Assembly: GCF_006345805.1 (NCBI RefSeq)
Contig: NC_043009.1
Span: 28,706,001 to 28,770,000, forward strand
Length of the DNA stretch: 64,000 nucleotides
Direction: 5' to 3'
DNA from: Octopus sinensis
Taxonomy: Eukaryota
The position numbers were made by a program, and so were the translations under genes. The notes below the pieces were generated by a model. The model had not been told where the DNA came from. It made no database searches and was given only the letters and a program-made list of their open reading frames with translations. Of this stretch, positions 53,995 through 64,000 are shown piece by piece; positions within the stretch are counted from its first letter, which is position 1; each line of letters opens with the position of its first letter.

Positions 53995-54120
53995 GAAGCA
54001 ACAAGTGAAGATACAAACCTCAGCGGAATAAAAATATCCAAGATTAGACTGGTTGAATGCCTAACAAAACAGGCACATGCATATGTATATATAGTATTAT
54101 TAATATTATACAAAATAAGC

Positions 54121-54818
54121 GAGAAAATGGAGATAACATTAATAAAAGTTTATTAACTTTGATAAGACCGGATCTACAATTGTTTCAATTCATCAGTTGC
54201 TGCATAAAAATTGGCCAAATTTAATTTAATTTAACTAAATTTGGTTAGTTACTACAAGTACAAATATTTTCAGGGAAGGGTGTACGAAGAAATTTATTAT
54301 ATCGAAAACAAAATGAAAACATAAAAACAGGAAGAATACAGTGTACCATTATAGTTAAAATATATACACAGTTACAGAAATAGATACCATCATAAAACAT
54401 ATATATAATTAGTCATAAGTTAATATGAATAATAATAATGAAGACATACCCATACGAAAATACAAATAATGGTGATTGTATTTTCGCATGGGTATGTCTG
54501 CATTATTGTTATTTATATTAATTTATGACTAATTATATTTTTTTATAACTGTTTCTATTTTTAAAGCCATGTATATATTTTCATCTACAATGGAACACTA
54601 TAGTCTTCCTGTTTTTTTGTTTTCATTTTATTTTAAATATGATAATCTTCTTTGTACATCCTTCCCAGAAGATATTTGTACTTGTAGTAATTAAGCAAAT
54701 TAATTTAGTTAAATCATGTTTGATTAATTTTTATGCTGCAAGTAATGAATTGAAACAATTGTAGGTCTGGTCTTGTTAGTGTTAATAAACTTTTATTAAT
54801 GTTATCCCTATCTTCTCT
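54121..54818. repeat. Old ~700-bp imperfect palindrome
   Basis: Arms of about 345 bp; loop 54466-54475; GATAACATTAATAAAAGTTTATTAAC mirrored by GTTAATAAACTTTTATTAATGTTATC. Confidence 0.85.
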
Positions 54819-55532
54819 CTAGTTTGTTGGTATGCGTGTGTCTGTGTGTGCGTTTGTGTTTGTGTGTGTTTGTGTGTGCGTTTGTGTGTGTGTGTTTGTG
54901 TGTGTTTGTGTGTGTGTGTTTGTGTGTGTGTGTTTGTGTGTGTGTGTTTGTGCATGTGTGGTTGTGTGTGTGTGTGTGTGTGTGTATAGGTGCATTTTAG
55001 TTTGCTTTATTTCTTGCACGGTATTACTTTTAGATTTCATGTACACCCTCTCTGAAAGAAGATGGTCTATTTTTGTTGTCTTTCTTTTCATAAGAGTTAT
55101 GTTTTCTGGAGACTAGCAATAATATCACAGAATACACAGACATCAAAAGATGCTAATTAAATAGAAAGGTGATACTGAAACATATAACTAATTGTTGAAG
55201 ATTTGGTACAGTATCGATGCCTTGACAGGTGTGAGTATCTTTTCTATGCTTAACACCTTCTTTTTCTTCTCATTAGCCTTCTACACACTGACAACCATTG
55301 TCTATTTGCAATTTTATATTTAAACACCTTACATCAAACTTGTACTCTTTCTATGAACAAAGTTCTTAAAAACTCTTTTCCAGGCACATAAGGACTGCTA
55401 TACTAAACCCAGTATAATTAAATTCATAGTAGTGTAATATAGTTTTTATGTGGGAATTTTCTGATGTATATATAAATGTATTCAAACCATTCATAGCCAG
55501 CCAAATATTTTACCTGTTTTATGTTCAAACCA

Positions 55533-55837
55533 TGGAGGAACATGGCCTAGTGGTTAAAGCAGTGGACTCGCGGTCGAGGGATCATGGTTTGAATCTCAGA
55601 CCAGGCCATGTGTGTGTTTATGAGCGAAACACCTAAGCTTCACGTGGCTCCAGCAGAAGGTAATAGCAAACTTCTGCTGACTCTTTTGCCACAACTTTCT
55701 CTCACTCTTTCCCTCTTGCATCTTGCAGCTCACCTGCGACAGAATGGCGTCCCATCCAGGTGGGGAACCTATACACCAAGGAAACCAGGAAACCGGCCCT
55801 TATGAACCAGGCATAGCTCGAGAAGGAACAAACAACA
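55533..55837 (+). mobile_element. SINE family C copy
   Basis: 12-bp TSD ATGTTCAAACCA at 55521-55532 and 55838-55849. Confidence 0.9.
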
Positions 55838-57065
55838 ATGTTCAAACCAAACATATCCAGCCTATTGCATCTACTCTAAAAGTAAATAATAACATTATTG
55901 AAATTTCAAGCCATGGGATAATACATGAATAATTCAAAACAATGTGAATAAACAATCAGAACATTTGATAGAGTTATCAGAATGCTGAAGAGTTAAATTT
56001 TCTTTTAAAAGCCAAAGCGATGCAAGTGATAAAAAAATTAATAATACATTTCATTGATTAATTCTATTACCTGGCGTTTTAATATTTCAAGGTAATCTAT
56101 CACCACTTATTTTCCATAGACTGCCTGAAGAAGGGGTATTAACCCTAAAATATTAAAATACCAGGTAATAGTAATAACAATCAAGCTTTTTTATTCTTTT
56201 ATTCTTTTATTTGTTTCAGTCATTTTGACTGTCAGCCATGCTGGAGCACACCACATTTAGTTGAACAAATCGACTTTGGGACTTCTTCTTTGTAAGCCTA
56301 GTACTTATTCTCTCAGTGTCTTTTTGCCAAATCGGTAAGTTACGGGGACGTAAGCGCACTAACATCGGTTATCAAGTGATGGGGGGGAGGGGCAAACACA
56401 GACACACACAAAAAAAAGGGGTGTGCATATATATATATATACACATACAAACACGACGGGCTTCTTTCAGTTTCTGTCTACTGAATCCACTGACAAGGCT
56501 TTGGTCAGCTCAAAGCTATAGGAGAAGACACTTGCCCAAGGTGCCATGCAGTAATACTGAACTTGGAACCATGTGGTTGGGAAGCAAGCTGCTCACCACA
56601 CAGCCACTCCTGTGCCTATGTTTTAGTTTTGTAACTTGTGTTGTTTGAGGTTTTACGACAAAATTAACTTCATGTTGAAATGCACAGTATGATCCTCAAC
56701 AAGGTGATGTGAGTATTATATAATTATCATAATATTTGAGATCATAGATGCAGGTGTAGCTGTCTGGTAAGAAATTTTGGTTCCCAATCACATGGTTCTG
56801 GGTTCAGTCCTGCTGCAGGACACGTTGGGAAAGTGTCTTCTATTATAGCCTTGGGCCAACCAAAGCCTTGTGAGTGGATATGGTAGACAGAAACTGAAAG
56901 AAGCCTGTTGTATATGTGTGTATGTGTGTGTGAATGTGCATGTGTGTGTTTCTTTGTGTTTGAGTTTGTCTTCCATTACCACTTGAAAACCCATGTTAAT
57001 GTGTTTCTGTCCCCATAACTTAGCTGTTTAGCAAAAGAGATTGATAAAATAAGTACCACTCTTAA

Positions 57066-57215
57066 CCCATTAAGTCCCACTGTCCTATAAATAGGACACT
57101 AAACGAGAACATTAATTAAGCTTTATATCACATTGTCTTAGTGTGATAATTATTTATTTCATTTTAACCTATTTTCAATCATTTGTAAAAATTTAGGTAT
57201 CTGAGACTTAATGGG
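57066..57215. mobile_element. piggyBac-type MITE nested in a family A SINE
   Basis: TTAA TSDs 57062-57065 and 57216-57219; 14-bp TIR CCCATTAAGTC(C/T)CA. Confidence 0.88.
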
Positions 57216-57713
57216 TTAAAAGATTAATTAGCACTGGGGGTTGATTCAATTGACTTAAATCCTTCAACGCAGTGCTCCAGTATGGCCACAAACTAATAAT
57301 TGAAACAGTTAAGTATAATAAAAATTTTTAAAAAAGGCTATCTAGAGAATGGATCCACAAACTACACGCAAGCAGCTGCTTGATAAACAAGATCAGTGAT
57401 TACATGATGAAAACAATGTTTTTTTAAAACTATCTTTTTGAGAGACAGCACCACAAACTCTATTGAAGAATAAATAATTGCTAAAATATTGTATATGTTA
57501 TTGACATTGTCATGTTATTAATTGTGCCTTAGTTCTCTAGAGAGACACATCTTTTGGTATAAGCTAAATCATTGGTTCTGTTTTGACATATCTACTTTTT
57601 ATCTGTCAAAATTTTAATCAGGTGAAAAAAAAAAGCATCAAAAGAAGTCTCAAACAATTCAAGTAACATCTATAAAATAAACAATAAAAAAAACATAAAA
57701 TAACCACCTATAT

Positions 57714-57908
57714 AAGCGGTTCTTATCCACAACTCCTGGGGTCGCATGCAGACCTCAAGCCTCTTTCAGACAGCCTCGATGGCCTTCCCTCTGCAAATAC
57801 AATAAATTTTTCTTTAGTCAACTGGGGTTTTACTTTTTGGGATGCAGGCCCCTAAAAAACCCTAAGTGCTGGATCAGGCCTGGATATTAAAAAGGTTGCA
57901 AAGCACTG
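57714..57908. mobile_element. hAT-like MITE
   Basis: Ends AAGCGGTTCTTATCC and AAAAAGGTTGCAAAGCACTG; flanks ACCTATAT / ACCTTATA (imperfect 8-bp TSD). Confidence 0.45.
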
Positions 57909-58774
57909 ACCTTATATACTTGTGGAAATGTATAGAGTAAAGAACTCCTTCGATCATGAATGACCATAGGATTGCACCTAGAAAGTTTCCCTCTGAGGCA
58001 CAAGTCTGGGTGAGGTTGTTTATGGAAGACCAGCAGTCTCTCATGCATACCATCCTCCCCCTCTCCATGCCACCGATGTTATCCAAGGAAAAGGTATGCA
58101 GTTTGGCACCTGCAGTGTCATTGCAACTCATTTCTAAAGCTGAGTGAACTGAAGCAATGTGAAATAAAGTATCTTGCTCAAGAACACAACACATAGCGAG
58201 GTCCAGGAATTAAACTCACTACCTCATGATTGTGTTCCCAATTCTTAAACCACTAGCCATGTGCTTTCACAGAAATGTATAAGGCTACATTTTTTAATAT
58301 TCAATCTTCAAACATTCTCTTGATATATTGTTCTTGCATTCTTTCTTCATTATTGAAAAAGCCATGTGGCCATCATTAAATCCACTTTGATTGGGACTCA
58401 TTGATAATAGCCTTCCACTCATCTTTGCCTTCCATTGCAATTGGTAGAAGTTCATGGAAAATGAAAGTGTCCTATTCCAGCACCTTAATGTATAACATTG
58501 CTGGAATTTCTCATTCTGTGTTGGCTCCCTTAAAGCATTTGGCGAATTCATCCTTCTTTTAATGAGGCCATTATTTTAGTAGGCCCCCAAATTAAATTAT
58601 TGATGCGAGTAAACAATATTATTAGATCGGTTGTGTATGAAAGTGAGGTCTACATTAATATTTGTATAAGTTTCCATATTTTTATTACCCAGAACATTTG
58701 CATATACTTATGTACAACAGTTATTTCAATACACCAAACAAGAAACATATAAATACAAAGAGTTAAAGGTTTCA

Positions 58775-59200
58775 TCATCATCATCATCATCATCATCATT
58801 TAACATCTATTTTCCATGCTAGCATGAGTTGGACGGTTTGACCAGGGTCTAGGAAGCCAGGAGGCTTCACCAGGCTCCAGTCTGATCTGGCAGTGTTTCT
58901 ACAGCTGGATGCCCTTCCTAATGCCAACCACTCTGTGAGTGTAGTAGGTGCTTTTTACTTACAACTGGCACAGTGGCCAGAAGAGGCTGGCAAATGGCTA
59001 CGATCAGTTGGTGCCTTTTACTTGCCACCGGCACAGACACCAGTCAAGGCAGCGCTGGCATCAGCCACATTCAGATGGTGCTTTTTATATGCTACCGGCA
59101 CGAGTATCACAACTACAATTTCTATTTGATTTTTATTTTGATGTTGATGTACTCGACTCAATAGGTTTCTTCAAGCACAGCAGGTCACCCTACGATCCAA
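58775..59200 (-). mobile_element. Diverged RTE 3'UTR copy with three divergent array units
   Basis: (CAT)n, GGATGCCCTTCCTAA..CCAACC and three GGTGC(C)TTTT units. Confidence 0.8.
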
Positions 59201-60239
59201 GGTTATCGCTTTATATATAAAAATATAAGTTTTATTACAATACAATAATATTATTATATACTGCTATTTCCAGCAAAAATTGGTACCTTGTTGTACCACT
59301 ATTTCCTATTTATATCTTTATATATAAATATATATATATACATATAATCATATATATATATATATATGTCTGTGTGTACGCATATATAAAGATATACACA
59401 TACAAGTATATATACTTATATATCTTAAATGAAATTAAAATATCCTAGCGTATGTTGTATTAACATTACCAGACACCTTATACTATCCTATTCATAGAAA
59501 ATTTCTGTATACTTATGAATAATATCATACAATAAATTTTATTTTAATAAATGTTAATAATATATTCTCTGACCATAGTTGATATCATGCTCTGCTATTA
59601 AACAATGGCAGTTTCTTTTATTCCATTAAAGAATTTTTCATTAAACTCTCCATTTCATTCCATTACTTCTTTCCATTGTTATCAATCTGATTTCTGATGA
59701 GATTCTTAAACATACGCAAATTAAGGCTTCTGTAATCCATTCGAAAACTCAAAGCCCATTTTTTAAAAGTGATATCAAACGACTTCATTTAAACTTCTTT
59801 ACTATAATTGTATATTACTTCTCTCTCTTTCTCTGTCTCTGTCTCTCTTTCTCTCACTGTCTGCCTATCTGTCTGTCTCCTCTTTTCTTCAGTTGTTCCG
59901 AAGCATTCAATAAATATCAAACATTCTCTTACAAAATATCTTTCTCTTAGCTATAATTGTCTGTTTTGGTGCTACAGAAGATTCTAAAGGCGTCTTTTAT
60001 CAACACATATCTGGCACCAAAAAAGAAATGAAAAATAATAATAATAATGATAAACACAATAACGATGATGATATAAAATCTTTATGCTTTCTTAAACATT
60101 CTCTAGAACAATACTTTGTGCAAACCAAATATATAGCACCCTAGTCATAACACCAATTTGAACTTCTAATTTGTTGTCTCTTGAGGTCTCTGGGGGAAAC
60201 TTGGAGTCATCTTGTGCAAATACAAATCAAAAGTCAAAC

Positions 60240-60302
<63 letters not shown>

Positions 60303-60337
60303 TAATAATAATAATAATGATGATGATAATAATAATA

Positions 60338-60550
60338 AGACAATGACATTGCATGGTGCCTTCCAACCTAAGGCAAGTGTACACAGGCTCTACATGAAGA
60401 GATGTAAAGGTGGACGTGGGCTGATTAGCATATGAAAGTGCATCAACAATGAAAGAAGAAACGAAGCAGAGTATTTGGTGAATAGCAAGCAAGACCTGCT
60501 ACAGTATGCTGTTAATGCAGAAGGATTTACCAAAAATCCCAGAGAGTGCT
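60338..60550 (+). pseudogene. R4/Dong LINE internal fragment after (TAA)n
   Basis: KTMTLHGAFQPKASVHRLYMKRCKGGRGLISI matches the R4/Dong post-RT motif. Confidence 0.75.
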
Positions 60551-60613
60551 AATCAATTCTGATCACAAATAGCCACTGAGAGAGAAGTAACTCTACTCCA
60601 CATGGAATTACAG

Positions 60614-60761
60614 ACATTATTTACGTTCGACGGATATTTGTCCTCATTTTTTTTATTGTTAACACAACGTTTCACTTGATGTACCCTCCAGCCTTCATCA
60701 GGTGTCTTGGGGAAATTTCGAACCTGGGTTCTCATTCCTAAGATATTTATCAATGTTGTTG

Positions 60762-60795
<34 letters not shown>

Positions 60796-60907
60796 CATTA
60801 TTATTATTATTATCATTATTATTATTATTATTCAGGTCACTGCCTGGAATCGAACTTGGAACCTTGGGGTTAGTAGTCCGTGCTCTTAACCACTACACCA
60901 TATGCCC
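60614..60907 (-). mobile_element. tRNA-headed element with (AAT)n linker and downstream hammerhead
   Basis: Head 60907-60835 with A-box TGGTGTAGTGG and B-box GTTCGATTCC; hammerhead ACAC-CTGATGA-A-GGCTGG..-GAAA-CG-TT-GTGT at 60705-60662 on the same strand; stem II partly mismatched. Confidence 0.7.
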
Positions 60908-62689
60908 ATGGGCATATCTGTGAATTTTCAGGCAATTTCATTCACTAGAAAAATTTCAGCACATATGGGTTACAATCCAAATATATTTGTTTAAGATTCT
61001 GGCACAAGGTCAGAAATTTTAGAGGCGATTTGTTAGGTCAATTACATCGATCCCAATGTCCAGCTGGTACTTATTGTATTGACAAAGTCATCTGTGACAG
61101 GATTTGAACTCAGAATATAAGGATGTATGAAATGTAACTAGGCATTCTACCCAGTGTTCTAAGTCGACCTCGGCGGAATTTGAACTCAGAACGTAATGGC
61201 AGATGAAATACCGCTAAGCATTTTGCCTAATATGCTAACAATTCTGCCAGCTCACCACCTTAATATATTAAAACCCATTAAATGGAATGATATCCTTATC
61301 AGTAAGCCAAAAATCTGACTGTTTTAAGAAGTAAAATTCTCAAGTTTGAATTTTACAAACTTCTATTTTTTCCTTTTAAAGAATCTGCGTAGTTTCCATT
61401 GTTATTAACTCAAATCTCCAATGACTCCACCATCTATTGTCTTTCACAGATTTTCCAAAAACCAATTTTCTAATAAGGTAAACAAACTTTCACATATGCC
61501 AAGCAATTCTCATCAGAGACACTTGCTATTTCAATTTTCTATGTCAAACAGAAGATTTTGTGTGGAAAATCAGTGAACAGTTTTTAAAGGATTGGCTATA
61601 TTTGGTAGGATATTTCATGTCTGATATCGCTTAAGATGTTACTTCATCTAATATGCATACCGTCTGAGAGCATTATCAGGTATTTATAAATGAAAATTTA
61701 CTCTGTATGACTGTAAGCCTTAAATAATCTCCATCAAATTAAATCAGTATTTAGACTTTAATGCGTAAAGATAGCCATTTTGTCTGTGGTAGAATTTCAA
61801 AAATAAATGACTTTGTTTAGTTTTAGGAAAGCTTATTCTACAAGAATAATTTTACAAGAATGTACAGATGCTAAACCCTTTCTCATTTAGCCAAACACCC
61901 CAATATGGGTACTTACAATACAAACAGCACAAAACAACAACAACAAAAAAACAGTACATACAAGCAATGGAATTGGTGAGATATTGACAAACCCTGAAAA
62001 AGATTAAATAATTGCAAAATATTTTCCCTCCTTAAAATGGATTTTAGGTAAATCACCCTCAAAAATCTATATTCTATCTTTTACTTGTTTCAGTCATTAG
62101 GCTGTGGCTATGCTGGAGCACTGCCTTGAAGAATTTTTAGTCACATAAATCATATCCAGTACTTATTTACTTTTTTCTGTTAGACTGTTATTTATTCTAT
62201 CGATATATTTTACTGAACTGCTAAGTCATGGGGATATAAACACACCAGCACTAGTTGTCAAGCAGAGGTGGGAGACAGACAGACAGACACACACACACAT
62301 ATTTACATGACATACTTCTCTCAATTTCAATCAATCAAATCCACTCACAATGCTTTGTTAGGCCTAAAGCTATAGTAGAAGACACTTGCCCAAGGTGCCG
62401 CGCAGTGGGACTGAACCTGGAAACAAGCTTCTTACCACTCAGCCAGGACTATGCTTGCGTTTTAAAGTTCTTTCTTGCTTCATTGACAATGTGGATGGAG
62501 AGCAAAGCCAACATTAAAAGAAAAATATGCAACTCTACTTTCGTCTGTGACCAAAGTACTTAGTTTAACTATCTTAGCCGTTTTCATGCCAGACAACGCA
62601 AGACTGCCCCTGGTTCCATGAGACAAACTTTGTCTTTTCTTCATGGAATGGTTTGTATTAAAACCTTCCACCAAAATTTCATGTTAATT

Positions 62690-62900
62690 ACCCTGCATGT
62701 ATATGTGAAAGCAGGGCATTATAGTTGCTTGTCTTGTCTGTGTGTTTGCAGAATTACTGGAAAATGGCTGAATGGATTTTCACCAAATTTAGCTGAATGG
62801 GTGAATGGCTCAAACTCTTTAAATTTTGATGGATGGATGACTCAAACTGACTTTTTTTCCTTTGTTATATATGTGTAAATGATAAGCAGGGGAAATAACT
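62690..62900 (+). mobile_element. Possible Helentron/DINE-like non-autonomous fragment
   Basis: TGTCTGTGTG..AAAATGGCTGAATGGATTTCACCAAATTT resembles DINE-type subterminal sequence (from memory). Confidence 0.35.
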
Positions 62901-62940
62901 CATGAAGTTATTTTGTTGAAATATGAATTCGTCTGAGAAC

Positions 62941-63314
62941 ATCATCATCATCATCATCATCATTTAGCGTCTGTTTTCCATGCTAGCATGGGTTGGACGG
63001 TTCAACTGGGGTCTGTGAAGCCGGAAGGCTTCATCAGGCCCAGTCAGATCTGGCAGTGTTTCTACGGCTGGATGCCCTTCCTAACGCCAACCACTCCGTG
63101 AGTGTAGTGGGTGCTTTTTACGTGCCACCCGCACAGGTGCCAGACAGAGCTGGCAAATGGCCATGAACGGATGGTGCTTTTACATGCCACTGGCACGGGG
63201 GCCAGGCGAGGCTGGCAATGGACACGAGCGGATGGTGCTTTTACATGCCACCGGCACGAGGGCCAGGCGAGGCTGGCAATGGACACGAACAGATGGTGCT
63301 TTTTACGTGCCACC
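62941..63314 (-). mobile_element. 5'-truncated copy of the RTE 3'UTR, ending inside the array (3 units plus one partial)
   Basis: Near-identical to 50225-50460. Confidence 0.92.
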
Positions 63315-63909
63315 ATATTTATCAAATTAAATTTTATTTTATCCTTGTGTGCACCCCTTCGATACCTTTCTTTTACATTTAAGTTTGGAACACCAGCTTT
63401 ATAATTACAAAATCAATTTAGGAAATTCTGCATTATTTTCAAATTAAATGAAACAAAATCCATGTATTTCTGGAGAAATATGGTAAGAAGAGGGTGACAC
63501 ATTATGGCATACTTTCAAGCAAGAGCTATTGTGCAAAGATTAATTCTTCATATCTTTATCAGTGGTAAATACTCATAACAAGTAGAATTTATCAAAAACT
63601 ACATGCAAGGGCTTCACTGCAAATCTGACAAAAGCAGTGATGATTTGGTAGAATGAGCACAATATCAGTGATAAGGAAAATTACTTTCAGTAGACTGGTA
63701 TACTATCCAGGGGAATGCTTCATTCTCACACACAGAATACTAAAACAATTGGATATATACACTTAAAACAGTATAGAGACATTAATATCTTGATATAAAC
63801 ACAATGACATCTCCCTCGTTCTGTGTCTCTCTCACTCGCTCTTTCTCTGTATATACATACATATTATATATGTAAAATATACTATATTATATATATATTA
63901 TATATTATA

Positions 63910-64000
63910 TGAGGGTGTCTGAAAAGTTCCCAGCTTTGGGTAAAAGAATATGCAGTGGGATCAGTTAATCATGATTTTATTCAACATATTCCCCTCTCAG
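63910..64000 (-). mobile_element. Mariner-derived MITE, cut by the window end
   Basis: TA then TGAGGGTGTCTGAAAAGTTCC TIR; TATTCAACATATTCCCCTCTCAG matches the 27058 family reversed. Confidence 0.8.

Noticed and set aside
56065-56170. Hammerhead-like CTGAAGA-A-GGG..CCCT-AAAA with a short flanking inverted repeat
   Set aside because: GAAA is lost and there is no stem I; at best a heavily decayed remnant.
58294-58551. 85-aa minus-strand ORF and an alternative frame with protein-like composition
   Set aside because: No recognisable motif, in-frame stops in the alternative frame, and no splice support.
60835-60907. Functional tRNA gene (likewise the SINE heads at 15423, 34796, 55533, 42779)
   Set aside because: A/B boxes are present but the acceptor and anticodon stems do not pair, and each runs into a repeat body.

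Overview
Highly repetitive, AT-rich animal genomic DNA. The SINE families and the (AT)n/(GT)n/(GAT)n density look like octopod cephalopod DNA (recognition from memory, not a database result). I cannot confidently identify a host gene; the best candidate is a ~212-codon open frame at 46680-47318 that could be a terminal exon. The window is built from at least four tRNA-headed SINE families, microsatellites, and several decayed transposons. These include a 5'-truncated RTE LINE (50223-53583, minus strand, PHD-like finger, 60-bp tandem array in its 3'UTR), two R4/Dong fragments at (TAA)n, a Penelope RT/GIY-YIG remnant (29993-31670), a DD37D maT remnant, and mariner, pogo, piggyBac and hAT-like MITEs. 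The main hidden signal is a set of minimal type I hammerhead-ribozyme folds (about 12 motifs, several unrelated sequence families) in short non-coding islands set into (AT)n. Several islands are centre-outward foldbacks, and one has a 362-nt monomer with terminal redundancy, as in Penelope pseudo-LTRs or non-LTR retrozymes. Their catalytic cores vary with compensation at the 3-8 tertiary pair (C3-G8, U3-A8, G3-C8), which is consistent with selection for cleavage. One hammerhead lies downstream of a tRNA-like Pol III head, suggesting a ribozyme-bearing SINE. All folds were done by eye and none has been tested for activity.
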